This document shows positions 24,675-34,463 of a stretch of 51,737 bases of DNA, in pieces. Source of the stretch: Nanohaloarchaea archaeon B1-Br10_U2g29 (GTDB lineage Archaea > Nanohalarchaeota > Nanosalinia > Nanosalinales > Nanosalinaceae); assembly GCA_001564145.1 (NCBI GenBank), contig LKMQ01000001.1, positions 1 to 51,737 of the forward strand, in the 5' to 3' direction. The stretch's first letter is position 1. Every line of letters starts with the position of its first letter. The notes beneath the pieces are model-generated. The model was not told the origin of the DNA. It did not search any database and was given only the letters and a program-made list of their open reading frames with translations. Position numbers and translations under genes: made by a program.

Positions 24675-25772
24675 ATGAGTGAAGATTCTGTAGAGAACAT
24701 TCCTAGGAGACAGATCGATGAATACGACATCCCTGAGGAATGGAAAGAAGAACAAGAAAACGAAGACCAAAAAGAAGGAGAAGAGGAAGTAACAGATGAA
24801 GAACAACTCGAAGAAGGAGACGAAGGCTACGAAGTAGTCCAAGAGGAAGCCGAAGAAGGAGACACAGTACTAACCTGTCCAGAATGTGAATCACAACGGT
24901 TCGAAGAAGACAGCGCAAAAGGAGAACTCATCTGTATCGAATGTGGATACGTAATGGACGAAGACCGTATCGACGAAAGTGCAGAATGGAGAGCATTCAA
25001 CGCAGCAGAAAAAGAAAAGAAAGCAAGAGCCGGACAACCACTAACATACACCAAACACGACATGGGAATCTCCACAGAAATCGGAAAAGGATCAGGAGAA
25101 CTATACAAAGTAAGCGGAAACAAACGTGCCCAATACTACAGACTGCGTAAATGGCACAAAAGACTAACCAAAAGTAAAGACAGAAACCTGGGCTTCGCAC
25201 TAAGCGAGCTCAACTCCATGATCTCCAACTTGAATTTACCAGAGTCAGTGCATGAAGAAACAGCAAGACTATACGAAAAAGCAGTAGACCAAGGCCTAGT
25301 AAGAGGACGAAGCATGGAGTCAATCATTTCAGCACTGATCTACATCGTCGCAAGAAAACAAGGAACACCAAGAACACTCGACGAAATCAGCGACGCCTCC
25401 GGGATTGAAAAAAGAGAGATCGGACGCGCATACCGTTACGTAGCAAGAGAACTAGGTCTCAGGATTTTACCTGCAAAGCCTCAGGACTACGTACCAAGAT
25501 TCGCCGGAAAACTCCAACTTTCAGGAGAAGTCCAGGCACGAGCAAGAAACATTCTCAAAGAAGCAAGGGAAAGAGACCTACTATCCGGAAAAGGACCAAC
25601 AGGCCTCGCAGCTGCGGCACTCTACATCGCAGCAGTCCTAGAAGGAGAAAAACGAACACAGAGAGAAGTAGCAGACGTAGTAGGAGTAACAGAAGTCACA
25701 ATCAGAAACCGCTACAAAGAACTCGCAGAAAAACTAGGCCTAGAAGACGAACTAGAAGAAAAAAGCAACTAA
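24675..25772 (+). CDS. tfb: transcription initiation factor TFB with ~65-aa acidic N-terminal extension
   Basis: Zn ribbon CPECES...CIECG, B-reader/linker, two cyclin repeats, HTH RTQREVADVVGVTEVTIRNRYKEL. Confidence 0.95.
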   Translation: MSEDSVENIPRRQIDEYDIPEEWKEEQENEDQKEGEEEVTDEEQLEEGDEGYEVVQEEAEEGDTVLTCPECESQRFEEDSAKGELICIECGYVMDEDRIDESAEWRAFNAAEKEKKARAGQPLTYTKHDMGISTEIGKGSGELYKVSGNKRAQYYRLRKWHKRLTKSKDRNLGFALSELNSMISNLNLPESVHEETARLYEKAVDQGLVRGRSMESIISALIYIVARKQGTPRTLDEISDASGIEKREIGRAYRYVARELGLRILPAKPQDYVPRFAGKLQLSGEVQARARNILKEARERDLLSGKGPTGLAAAALYIAAVLEGEKRTQREVADVVGVTEVTIRNRYKELAEKLGLEDELEEKSN

Positions 25773-25775
25773 AAC

Positions 25776-25809
25776 GCCTCCAATCACGGAGAGCGGCACA
25801 CGAGGAGGC
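25776..25809 (+). terminator. GC-rich stem-loop just downstream of the tfb stop
   Basis: GCCTCC-N22-GGAGGC, 4 nt after the TAA (25770-25772), followed by two AGGCCT copies and a T-rich tract. Confidence 0.25.
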
Positions 25810-25862
25810 CTTAACAGGCCTCTAACCAACATTTTATTAAATAACTCTACTAAGATCTTTCT

Positions 25863-26525
25863 ATGAGAGGATATCTTTTTCTAACAGTTCTTGTTTTAGT
25901 ATTTTCAACTGCTGTAACAGCATATCAAGAACCTAATATTACTGAGGTTAGTGATAATTTCGGTGAAACTTACGAAGTCGAAGAAGTAGGTGTTTTGAGC
26001 AAAGCAATATCTGATAAAGAGATTAAATTTGGAGAAAATCGAAGCATTGAAATGTGTGTTGAAGAAGTAGAGCATGAAGAAAGTGCTGAACTAAATTATT
26101 ATGAGGGCATATCGCACCCAAATTATAGATTGGAAGAAGATGACCCTTGTATAACTAGAAAAATACCGAAATCCTCTTATTCAGATACAGTTAGCCTGTC
26201 TATTGTAGTACAGGACAGCAATCCTTCAAGAAATCTAACTAGCATGACGAAACTTGAATATTCTAACACAGTAGACCCAATAGAAAATGATGGAGGCCAA
26301 AAAACTTCTACAGAGTACGATTATACCTTGATTGAAACAGAGCGTAAGAATGAGCTCGAAGGACGCGTATCGGAGCTAAATAGTACTGTTAAAGACCAGG
26401 AATCTGAGATAGAGAGTTTAGAAAGTGAGATTTCAGATAAAGATGAACAACTAGAAAACCTAAAGCAAGAATTATCAGAATTAAAATCTGGAATTTCGGG
26501 GACAATAATCTCTATATTCTCATAA
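25863..26525 (+). CDS. hypothetical secreted acidic protein with C-terminal coiled coil
   Basis: Signal-peptide-like MRGYLFLTVLVLVFSTAVTAYQ. C-terminal heptads (LESEISDKDEQLENLKQELSELK). Confidence 0.55.
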   Translation: MRGYLFLTVLVLVFSTAVTAYQEPNITEVSDNFGETYEVEEVGVLSKAISDKEIKFGENRSIEMCVEEVEHEESAELNYYEGISHPNYRLEEDDPCITRKIPKSSYSDTVSLSIVVQDSNPSRNLTSMTKLEYSNTVDPIENDGGQKTSTEYDYTLIETERKNELEGRVSELNSTVKDQESEIESLESEISDKDEQLENLKQELSELKSGISGTIISIFS

Positions 26526-26621
26526 ATTAGGCAATCGTCTTTTTCTTGTCTAATTCTATAGATTAATTTTTTAGAGCTTTAGAACCTTTCGAAATAAAAC
26601 TAAATAAAAATTTTGTATTTG

Positions 26622-27140
26622 CTACGATACTTTTTCTTCCAGCTTATCAAGAATACCTCTAGAAAATTCTAGGTTTAATTTTTCTCTAATATTTTTGATA
26701 TCCTCCCAATTTTCTTCATTTATCTTACCTCCGACTTTATTTGATAATCCAATCAAGTCTCCTGATGATTCATCTATTTTATGTTTATTTGGTATTAAAC
26801 CTAGTCGAGCCCAAAATCCGTAGAATATAACCCTATGAGCAGCTCCCAATAAATCAGCAGCATCTTTTCTCAACTGATCCCTAACTTCCTCGCTATCCTT
26901 TTCATCAATCACTCCAGTATTTGCTGCTTTATTACCATAGTATACCAAGTTACTTGCAATTCTCCCTCTCATTTTAGAAATTTCATGAATTGGCTCAACA
27001 ATGACTCTCACAATTAATCTGCCTGCCACATACACACTAACACCAGCCATAATAGTTAGAAAGATTTCATTACTAACTAGATTAGATAAAAATCCAAAAA
27101 ACTGTGAAAAGAGACTATAGAAATAACCAGATAAAGCCAT
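26622..27140 (-). CDS. hypothetical membrane-anchored protein
   Basis: 172 aa, N-terminal hydrophobic segments, downstream of trm1 on the same strand. Confidence 0.5.
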   Translation of the reverse strand: MALSGYFYSLFSQFFGFLSNLVSNEIFLTIMAGVSVYVAGRLIVRVIVEPIHEISKMRGRIASNLVYYGNKAANTGVIDEKDSEEVRDQLRKDAADLLGAAHRVIFYGFWARLGLIPNKHKIDESSGDLIGLSNKVGGKINEENWEDIKNIREKLNLEFSRGILDKLEEKVS

Positions 27141-27168
27141 ATTGGTCTAGTTACAATATAATTATAAA

Positions 27169-28263
27169 TTAATTTTGTTTATTTGATCTAATAATCTCTA
27201 GAATATCTTCCAGTGGTGCATCCGTCCTTATCCCTGTGGGCCCAAAATGTGTTCTTGAAACTGGGTAGCCTTTTTCATCTAAGGCCTCTATGACTTTGTC
27301 TCTTTTTGGGACAGATACGTCGTGGCGTGAAGCTAGTTCATGGAGGTCGTAGAATGGTGTTACTATTTCTGATTCTGCGTGGACTTTTTCGAGTATTTCT
27401 TTTGAGGCCTCCCATTCGCCTGGAATATTTTCGAGCATTTTTTCTGTGAATCTTGAGTCTGCTATTTTTCCTGTCCATAGAGGGCCTGCGTGTTCTACAT
27501 CTTTTCCACAATGCCCACATTCTTGGACTCTTTCTAGTTTTCTCCATCCACAGCTGTCACAGTAACTTAGATAACCAATGTTTTCTAGATTCTTGTTGGT
27601 TCTTTTCTTGGATTCTGTGACTCTGCCCATTACGCGTGTATAATGTTTGAATTGGTAGCAGAACTTGGGATCGAAGCATTTGTCGTAACGTGCAAGGTTC
27701 CTGAAAACCTCTTTCAAGTAGATCCTTAATGCGGTTTCGTGCATGAACCCGTTTTTCAGAGGTTTGCTGCCGTATCTTCTTTCGCATACTGTTGGGTAGC
27801 TTCCGGTCGGCGCCGAGTTATCAGTCGCTGTCAGGCCTACAAATGAGTTGTAGTTTGCTGCTCGAGCTGTCGAGTCAAGAAACGGTGTGAAAGGCCCGTA
27901 AGGATCAACATCGATAAAATGGAAGAACCCTGGTTTTCCAGACAAGAATACATTGGCATCTTTGTTCTCTACTGAGGCCTCTACACTGTTTTCTTTCAGT
28001 GCTTTTTCTGTGGCCTCTACTGCGTTAGGATTTGCATCATTCAGGTATAAATCTCCTAGGTCTGCGTATCGTAGGCCTCTGATCCCTGTTCCAGTTAATA
28101 GGTCGGCGATGTTTGGGTTCTCTATATCTATTTTTTGGAAGAATGTTTTTGCTGCTATCTGTGAGAGGTCTCTGTTTTCCAGCATCTCTGGATTGAAGAA
28201 GACCTGGTCGTCCATCTTGGGTTCTCCTTCTGGCGCATAGATTTTGAGGTCTCTTTCTTTCAT
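27169..28263 (-). CDS. trm1: tRNA (guanine26-N2)-dimethyltransferase Trm1
   Basis: FIDVDPYGPFTPFLD SAM-MTase motif. Zn cluster CDSCGW...CGHCG. 364 aa. Confidence 0.9.
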   Translation of the reverse strand: MKERDLKIYAPEGEPKMDDQVFFNPEMLENRDLSQIAAKTFFQKIDIENPNIADLLTGTGIRGLRYADLGDLYLNDANPNAVEATEKALKENSVEASVENKDANVFLSGKPGFFHFIDVDPYGPFTPFLDSTARAANYNSFVGLTATDNSAPTGSYPTVCERRYGSKPLKNGFMHETALRIYLKEVFRNLARYDKCFDPKFCYQFKHYTRVMGRVTESKKRTNKNLENIGYLSYCDSCGWRKLERVQECGHCGKDVEHAGPLWTGKIADSRFTEKMLENIPGEWEASKEILEKVHAESEIVTPFYDLHELASRHDVSVPKRDKVIEALDEKGYPVSRTHFGPTGIRTDAPLEDILEIIRSNKQN

Positions 28264-28357
28264 AAGGCAGAATTTTTGTTTTATACTTATTAGTTGTGAA
28301 TTACTCAGGGAACTACAACAACTTTTTTAAAGAGGCCTTGGTTTTGTCTTGTGGTCG

Positions 28358-28367
28358 TTTTTATAAG
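28358..28367 (+). promoter_or_regulatory. TATA box (TTTTTATAAG) of the ATP synthase operon
   Basis: Centre about 30 nt upstream of the atpH ATG at 28393. Confidence 0.45.
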
Positions 28368-28392
28368 CTTTTCAAAGGATTCTTTTTGTACG

Positions 28393-28713
28393 ATGGCTGA
28401 CGTAGTGAAAAAAGTGCAGAGTGCGGAGACTGACGCAGAGGAAATTGTCGAAGAGGCAAAAGAGACTAAAAAGGATATTATCCGCAAAGCAGAAGAAAAA
28501 GCCGAAAAAATAATTGAAGAGGCAGAAAATACTGCTGAAGAGAAAAAGAGAACTGAGCTGAAAAAGTTTGAAGAAAAAATTGAGGAAGAGAAACAAGAGC
28601 TTCTAGATGAAGCAGAAGATACTTCCTCAGATTTAAGGAGTCAGGCCTCAGAGAACCGTGACGAAGCGGTTGAATTCCTAAATAATAAGTTTGAAGAAGA
28701 GTTCTTAGGGTGA
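28393..28713 (+). CDS. atpH: A-type ATP synthase subunit H
   Basis: 106-aa E/K-rich helical protein, first in the canonical HIKECFABD order. Start at MADVVKK. Confidence 0.8.
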   Translation: MADVVKKVQSAETDAEEIVEEAKETKKDIIRKAEEKAEKIIEEAENTAEEKKRTELKKFEEKIEEEKQELLDEAEDTSSDLRSQASENRDEAVEFLNNKFEEEFLG

Positions 28714-28736
28714 ATTAATTTATCAGGCCTGAAGAT

Positions 28737-30500
28737 ATGACTAAAGTTTCAGTAACTGCTCCAAAGACACAGATGGAGAACGTAGTAAACAGTCTCCATG
28801 ATTTAGGTCTGATGGATTTTAACCAGTACGACGGCGAGTTAGAGACCGGAAGCCCTATGGAAGGTTCAGAAGAAATTTCCCAGCTACTCGTAGATATCAG
28901 AGCAGTTTTATCCAAAATAAATGTTAACTCCACTAAAGAAGCCTCAGTTGAAGAAATAAGAGAAAACATTTCTAACATAAATAAACAAGTTAAAGATGCT
29001 GAGTCCAATATAAGCTCCTTAGAGGCAGAGAAAGAAAATTTAATACAGAAAAAGAAGACTTTTACAAAACTTTCAGGCGCAAATGTTGATCTAAGAGAAC
29101 TTGAGGAAACTAAGTCACTTGATTACCGTATCCTAAAGTTTGATGAGCAAAAATTCAAGGAAATCTACGGCTCACGAAACTACGAAATATTCCATGGAAA
29201 AGAGGCCTCAGTACTTGCATACATGTCTAAAGAAGAAAAAAATGTAGAAGAATCACTGCAAGGCCTTATCAAGAAAGAATACGACGTACCTGTTGAATCA
29301 GGGACCCCTGATCAGATAATCAGTTCAGTTGACTCCCAAATTTCAGAAATCGAAGAACAAATTAGATCAACTGAAAACGTTATAGAAGATATAGAGACTA
29401 ATTGGGGTCAGAAACTAAACTATGTTGAAAACTTTCTATCTCAGAAAATAGAGAAAGCTGAAGCACCATTAAGCTTTGCTACCACAAAGAAGAGCTTCAT
29501 AGTTGAAGGATGGATCCCATCAGAGAAAGAAGGACAGTTCAAGAAATCAGTTACAGCTTCAACGGACAACAAAGTACATATAGAAATAGAGGAAGATGGA
29601 GAGAACCCTCCAGTAAAATACGATAACAACAGTGTGGTTCAGCCGTTTGAAAGCCTGACAAGTTTGATGTCTAGGCCTAAATATGGTGAGCTTGACCCAA
29701 GTTTCCTGATTCTGCTGACGTTCCCATTGTTTTTCGGATTTATGATTGGTGACGCAGGATACGGTCTTACAACAGCAATAGTATTCCTCGCAGGAATGAA
29801 ACTGTTCCCACAAGCCGCAGACCTGTTCAAAGCACTGCTTTGGACTTCAGCAGCAACATTCATCTTCGGCCTAATTTACGGAGAAATGTTCGGCTTCCAA
29901 ATCTACGAGTCACCATTTTACAGAGCTGACTGGTGGGCAGAAATATTCTACATAACAATAGGAATAGGCGTAGCACACGTCAACCTAGGACTACTGATTG
30001 GAGCATACAACGAATACATCCACCACGGCGTCATGGAAGCAATCTTCACAAAAATATCTTGGATTTTCCTACAGATAGCAGCCGTAGCAGCATATTTCAC
30101 AGCAACAACATTTGGAACAACACCGGGATACCTAGTAGGCCTAGGAATCGGTATCCCAACGTTAATTATGATGTACAAGGGAGAAGGAATTGAAGCATTA
30201 GTAGAAATCCCAAGCCTTGTATCAAACATCCTATCCTACCTCCGACTGTTCGGAGTATGTATGGCGGCCTACACATTGGCAGGAACAGTTAACGCCATCG
30301 CAGGCCCAGCACTTGCATCAGGAACACTAGCAGGCCTAGCAGGAGGAACATTAATCCTAATCGTAGGACACATAATCTTAACATTCATCAAAATCATGGA
30401 AGGATTCCTCCAGGGAATCCGACTCCACTACGTAGAACAGTTCGGATGGTTCTACGAAGGCGGAGGAAGAAAATACAGTCCATTCGGAGGCAGTAACTAA
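28737..30500 (+). CDS. atpI: A-type ATP synthase subunit I (a-subunit, stator/proton channel)
   Basis: Soluble N-terminal coiled domain plus a C-terminal polytopic domain with SYLRLFGV / RLHYVE motifs. Confidence 0.9.
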   Translation: MTKVSVTAPKTQMENVVNSLHDLGLMDFNQYDGELETGSPMEGSEEISQLLVDIRAVLSKINVNSTKEASVEEIRENISNINKQVKDAESNISSLEAEKENLIQKKKTFTKLSGANVDLRELEETKSLDYRILKFDEQKFKEIYGSRNYEIFHGKEASVLAYMSKEEKNVEESLQGLIKKEYDVPVESGTPDQIISSVDSQISEIEEQIRSTENVIEDIETNWGQKLNYVENFLSQKIEKAEAPLSFATTKKSFIVEGWIPSEKEGQFKKSVTASTDNKVHIEIEEDGENPPVKYDNNSVVQPFESLTSLMSRPKYGELDPSFLILLTFPLFFGFMIGDAGYGLTTAIVFLAGMKLFPQAADLFKALLWTSAATFIFGLIYGEMFGFQIYESPFYRADWWAEIFYITIGIGVAHVNLGLLIGAYNEYIHHGVMEAIFTKISWIFLQIAAVAAYFTATTFGTTPGYLVGLGIGIPTLIMMYKGEGIEALVEIPSLVSNILSYLRLFGVCMAAYTLAGTVNAIAGPALASGTLAGLAGGTLILIVGHIILTFIKIMEGFLQGIRLHYVEQFGWFYEGGGRKYSPFGGSN

Positions 30501-30514
30501 ATGGTCTCCACAGG

Positions 30515-30532
30515 GAAGGCCTTGACGCCTTC
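30515..30532 (+). promoter_or_regulatory. RNA stem-loop upstream of atpK (GAAGGC-cttgac-GCCTTC)
   Basis: 6-bp stem read directly, in the 67-nt atpI-atpK spacer. Followed by the SD-like GAGGTGA at 30549-30555. Confidence 0.3.
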
Positions 30533-30567
30533 AACAAATCTATATTTCGAGGTGAAAACCTAAAACA

Positions 30568-30786
30568 ATGGCACTAGAACTTGGCGCAGCACTAGGCGCA
30601 GCAATCGCGATCGCCGTCGCAGCCCTCGCAACTGCTTGGGCGCAGGCAAAGATCGGGACAGCAGGAATCGGAGCACTAGCCGAAGACGACAGTCTTTTCG
30701 GTAAAGTCCTGATTCTTGTAGCTATTCCGGAAACAATTGTAATTTTCGGATTAGTTGTCGCACTAGTCATCGCAGGATTCATTTAA
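30568..30786 (+). CDS. atpK: A-type ATP synthase subunit K (c proteolipid, single hairpin)
   Basis: 72 aa, two TM helices, ion-binding carboxylate in IPETIVIFG. SD GAGGTGA lies 13 nt upstream. Confidence 0.9.
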   Translation: MALELGAALGAAIAIAVAALATAWAQAKIGTAGIGALAEDDSLFGKVLILVAIPETIVIFGLVVALVIAGFI

Positions 30787-30798
30787 ACCAACTTAAAT

Positions 30799-30819
30799 GA
30801 GGCCCTTTCAAGGGGCCTC
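30799..30819 (+). promoter_or_regulatory. GC-rich RNA stem-loop immediately downstream of atpK (GAGGCCC-tttcaag-GGGCCTC)
   Basis: 7-bp stem (6 G:C pairs), 12 nt after the atpK stop, inside the operon. Confidence 0.4.
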
Positions 30820-30854
30820 CAACACTTACTATTCAACACAAAAAAGAGGATATT

Positions 30855-31391
30855 ATGGGACTTCAACAGGTAACAGACGAAATCTTGGACGAAGCAGAGC
30901 AAAAAGCTGAAGAAATAAGAGAAGAAGGAGAATCTGAAAGAGATAAAATTATTGAAGAAGCTGAAGAGCAAGCCGAAAAAATTAATGAAAGAACAGAATC
31001 CGAGATAGAGGAAGAGAAAAAGGCCTTGAGGAAAAAAGAGATTTCCAAGACCAAAATGGATTCAAAGAAAAAAGTCCAGGAAACAAAGCAGTCCGAGATA
31101 GATGAAGTATTCACAGAGTTTAGAGAGAAACTATCTGACCTGTCGGAAGATAAGAGAGAGTCAATGGTAAAGTCAGCAATTGATTCCGCTAACTTTGAGG
31201 TAGGCCTGGTTAAGGGTTCTAAAGACTTTGAAGCTGTTGTAAACCAGGATTTTGAGGAGATTGAAGATGAAGGGTTTATTCTTGAGTCAGAGAACAGTGA
31301 GAAATCTATCAATCTTACCTTTGATAGAATTGAGCAAGAGTTCAAGAATGATCATCGTGGAGAGGTGGCTAAGTTATTATTCGATCAGTAA
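30855..31391 (+). CDS. atpE: A-type ATP synthase subunit E
   Basis: 178 aa. N-terminal long helix, C-terminal globular domain, operon position. Confidence 0.85.
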   Translation: MGLQQVTDEILDEAEQKAEEIREEGESERDKIIEEAEEQAEKINERTESEIEEEKKALRKKEISKTKMDSKKKVQETKQSEIDEVFTEFREKLSDLSEDKRESMVKSAIDSANFEVGLVKGSKDFEAVVNQDFEEIEDEGFILESENSEKSINLTFDRIEQEFKNDHRGEVAKLLFDQ

Positions 31392-31411
31392 TACCTAAAG
31401 ACTATCCTTAC

Positions 31412-32365
31412 ATGTATGCAAGGGTTTCAGCTAAAAAGAAGAAACTATTCACTGAAAGAGAATACGATAACTTGCTGAAAATGGATGTTAACCAGATTTC
31501 CCGTAAAATGGAGGAAGGGAGTTACAAAAAAGAAATCAATGAATTAGGTGGAGAATACGATGGTGCTGCCTTGATTGAAAGGGCACTTAATCTAAACCTA
31601 GCAAATACTTACGAAAATTTGATGAAGATCTCATCAGAAGACGCTAAGCCTTTAATCCGTGTATACCTGAGGCGTTTTGATATAACCAATATTAAGAGAA
31701 TTATTAGATGGAAAGATACAGACCAAACACAGAATATTGAACAAATTCTTTATCCTATTGGAACATTAGGCCTCAGCTTTGAAGAAATAAGAGAAGACTC
31801 AAAAGAAGAGTTAATTAGTAAACTAGATTTCAGTGATTCTGACTTCAATTATAAAGAAGAAATTGAAGAATGTGAAACAGTGAAAGAAATTGAAGACTGC
31901 CTTGACAGAGTTTATTCTGAAGAACTAAGAGCCTTAGCTGAAAATTCAGGAAGCAAAGAGTTCCAAAGATTTGTTGAAGAAGAGCAGTTCAACCAAGATC
32001 TGCAGCTAGCGCTAAGAATGAAAAAATACGATGTAGATACAGAAGGAATCAAGTCAAGACTGTTTAATCACAAAGAAGAGCTACAGGAACTGCTTGAAAC
32101 TGATTTCGAACAGGCCTTAGATATTGCTGAGAATCTTACAGAAGTACAGGCAGATAACTTAGAAGAGTTTGAGACAAAAATAAAGCAAGATAGACTGGAA
32201 AGAGCTTTACAATCACTGCACAGAGAGCCTTTAGGCCTTTCATCAGTGATAGGATATATTGTTGCTAAAGAAATTGAGATAGATAACTTGAGGATTATTT
32301 CTAGAGCAAAGGAAACCGGAATCCAAAACAATGATACAATCAGAAACAACTTGGTGACTGTCTAA
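31412..32365 (+). CDS. atpC: A-type ATP synthase subunit C
   Basis: 317 aa helical protein. YARVSAKKKKLFTEREY N-terminus is typical of AtpC (V-ATPase d-like). Operon position. Confidence 0.85.
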   Translation: MYARVSAKKKKLFTEREYDNLLKMDVNQISRKMEEGSYKKEINELGGEYDGAALIERALNLNLANTYENLMKISSEDAKPLIRVYLRRFDITNIKRIIRWKDTDQTQNIEQILYPIGTLGLSFEEIREDSKEELISKLDFSDSDFNYKEEIEECETVKEIEDCLDRVYSEELRALAENSGSKEFQRFVEEEQFNQDLQLALRMKKYDVDTEGIKSRLFNHKEELQELLETDFEQALDIAENLTEVQADNLEEFETKIKQDRLERALQSLHREPLGLSSVIGYIVAKEIEIDNLRIISRAKETGIQNNDTIRNNLVTV

Positions 32366-32368
32366 AAA

Positions 32369-32680
32369 ATGGATAAGGAACAGAAAAAGGAGATAGCAGT
32401 TATAGGCTCAGAAGAGTTTACATTAGGTTTCAGACTAGCTGGTATAAAGAAAAGCTATGTTCCAGAAAACTTTGACGATAAAATAGCCGAATGCCTAGAA
32501 AAGGAGGAACTTGGAATAATTATCACTGAAGAACGTCTTATCACAGAATCATCAAGAAAGACACAAAACTTAATTGAAACATCAGTCGATCCAATCGTAA
32601 TAGGTCTTTCGGAAGAAGCAGAAAGCGAAAGACTTCAACAGAAAATCAAGAGAGCGATTGGCGCAGACATAACAGGTTAA
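32369..32680 (+). CDS. atpF: A-type ATP synthase subunit F
   Basis: 103 aa. IAVIGSEEFTLGFRLAGI is the typical AtpF N-terminus. Confidence 0.85.
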   Translation: MDKEQKKEIAVIGSEEFTLGFRLAGIKKSYVPENFDDKIAECLEKEELGIIITEERLITESSRKTQNLIETSVDPIVIGLSEEAESERLQQKIKRAIGADITG

Positions 32681-32701
32681 ACAGAGGGAAAAAACAATAC
32701 T

Positions 32702-34462
32702 ATGGCACAACAATCAGAACTTAAAAAAGAGAACGCAGACGGCGAAATCTACAAGGTCGCAGGACCTGTAGTCATCGCAACCGACATGCAGCCACAGATG
32801 TACGACGTGGTCTATGTTGGAGACGAAGGCCTGATGGGAGAAGTAATCCAGATCGAAGGGGACAAATCCTACATCCAGGTCTACGAAGACACAACAGGAG
32901 TAAAACCAGGAGAACCAGTAGAAAACACAGAACAACCACTATCCGTAGAGCTCGGTCCAGGACTTCTGGGAAGCATTTATGACGGGCTTCAGAGGCCTTT
33001 GGAAGAGCTTCAGAAAATAAGTGGAGACTTCATCGAGAGAGGAGAAGATGCACCAGGAATCAGTCCAGATAAAGAATATGACTTCTCACCTCGTGTAGAA
33101 GAAGGAGACACAGTAGAGTCAGGAGACGTAATTGGAACAGTAGAAGTAGATTACGGAAAGCACAAAGTAATGGTTCCCCCAAATTCAGAAGGTGGAGAAG
33201 TAAAGGATGTAGAGTCTGGTGAACACACAGTCAAGCAAACAGTAGTTGAGCTTGACTCAGGCGAAGAAATCTCTATGAGACAGGAATGGCCTATTAGAGA
33301 CTCAAGGCCTGCAAGAGAAGACTTGAAGCCAGAAGTACCGCTTGTAACAGGACAGAGAGTGCTTGACGGGTTATTCCCGCTGGCTAAAGGAGGTACTGCA
33401 GCAGTACCTGGGGGATTCGGAACAGGAAAGACAGTAACACAACAAAGCCTGGCAAAGTTCTCAGACGCAGACATCATTGTATACATCGGATGCGGAGAAC
33501 GTGGGAACGAGATGACAGAAGTACTGGAAGAGTTCCCAGAACTGGAAGACCCACAGACAGGAGATAAAATCATTAATCGTACAGTACTAATTGCAAACAC
33601 ATCCAACATGCCTGTAGCAGCTAGAGAGGCCTCAATTTATACTGGAGTTACAATTGCAGAGTACTTCAGAGACATGGGTCTCGACGTTGCACTGATGGCA
33701 GACTCAACGAGCCGTTGGGCAGAAGCAATGCGTGAAGTATCCGCAAGACTGGAAGAGATGCCCGGAGAAAGAGGATATCCAGCATATCTATCCTCAAGAC
33801 TTGCAGAGTTCTATGAAAGAGCAGGAAGAGTTGAACCCCTAGGCGTAGAAGAACCGGGTTCAGTCTCAATTGTTGGAGCAGTCAGCCCACCTGGAGGCGA
33901 CTTCTCGGAGCCGGTAACTCAAAACACTTTAAGAGTGGTGAAAAACTTCTGGGCGCTTGACTCCGACCTAGCTGAGAAGCGGCACTTCCCATCTATTAAC
34001 TGGGATGACAGCTATTCAGGATACAAAGATAAATTAGCTGATCACTTTGAAGATGAAGTAAATGAAGACTGGCAGTCTAACATCCAAAGAATGAGAGACA
34101 TTCTGCAGAAGGACGGAGAGCTACAGGAAACAGTACAGCTTGTTGGAAAGGACGCATTACCTGACAGAGAAAGACTAACTCTAGAAGTCGGTACAATGGT
34201 TAAACAGTTCTACCTACAACAGAATGCCTTCCATCCAGTTGATGAGTACAGCCCTCCAGAAAAGACATTCCATATACTGGAGACGATTCTTGATTGGGCT
34301 GATGAGGCCTACGATGCACTAGAAGATGGGGCGATGGTCGAGGATATCATCTCATTGAGCAGTAAGAACCAGATCAGTGAGTTAGCGACCAGTGAAGACT
34401 TCCTAGATGTAAAGGAAGAAATCAAAAATCAGATGAACGAAGAGTTTGAGGAGGTAAGATAA
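32702..34462 (+). CDS. atpA: A-type ATP synthase catalytic subunit A
   Basis: Walker [11 protein letters not shown], non-homologous-region insert, 586 aa, no intein. Confidence 0.95.
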   Translation: MAQQSELKKENADGEIYKVAGPVVIATDMQPQMYDVVYVGDEGLMGEVIQIEGDKSYIQVYEDTTGVKPGEPVENTEQPLSVELGPGLLGSIYDGLQRPLEELQKISGDFIERGEDAPGISPDKEYDFSPRVEEGDTVESGDVIGTVEVDYGKHKVMVPPNSEGGEVKDVESGEHTVKQTVVELDSGEEISMRQEWPIRDSRPAREDLKPEVPLVTGQRVLDGLFPLAKGGTAAVPGGFGTGKTVTQQSLAKFSDADIIVYIGCGERGNEMTEVLEEFPELEDPQTGDKIINRTVLIANTSNMPVAAREASIYTGVTIAEYFRDMGLDVALMADSTSRWAEAMREVSARLEEMPGERGYPAYLSSRLAEFYERAGRVEPLGVEEPGSVSIVGAVSPPGGDFSEPVTQNTLRVVKNFWALDSDLAEKRHFPSINWDDSYSGYKDKLADHFEDEVNEDWQSNIQRMRDILQKDGELQETVQLVGKDALPDRERLTLEVGTMVKQFYLQQNAFHPVDEYSPPEKTFHILETILDWADEAYDALEDGAMVEDIISLSSKNQISELATSEDFLDVKEEIKNQMNEEFEEVR

Positions 34463-34463
34463 A

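Noticed and set aside
24703-25327. Cluster of minus-strand and alternate-frame ORFs within tfb (for example 24703-24918, 24827-25123, 24941-25150).
   Set aside because: They overlap the TFB reading frame, which has a complete Zn ribbon and cyclin-repeat architecture. R/L/S-rich translations are typical of frames shifted against GAA/GAG-rich coding.
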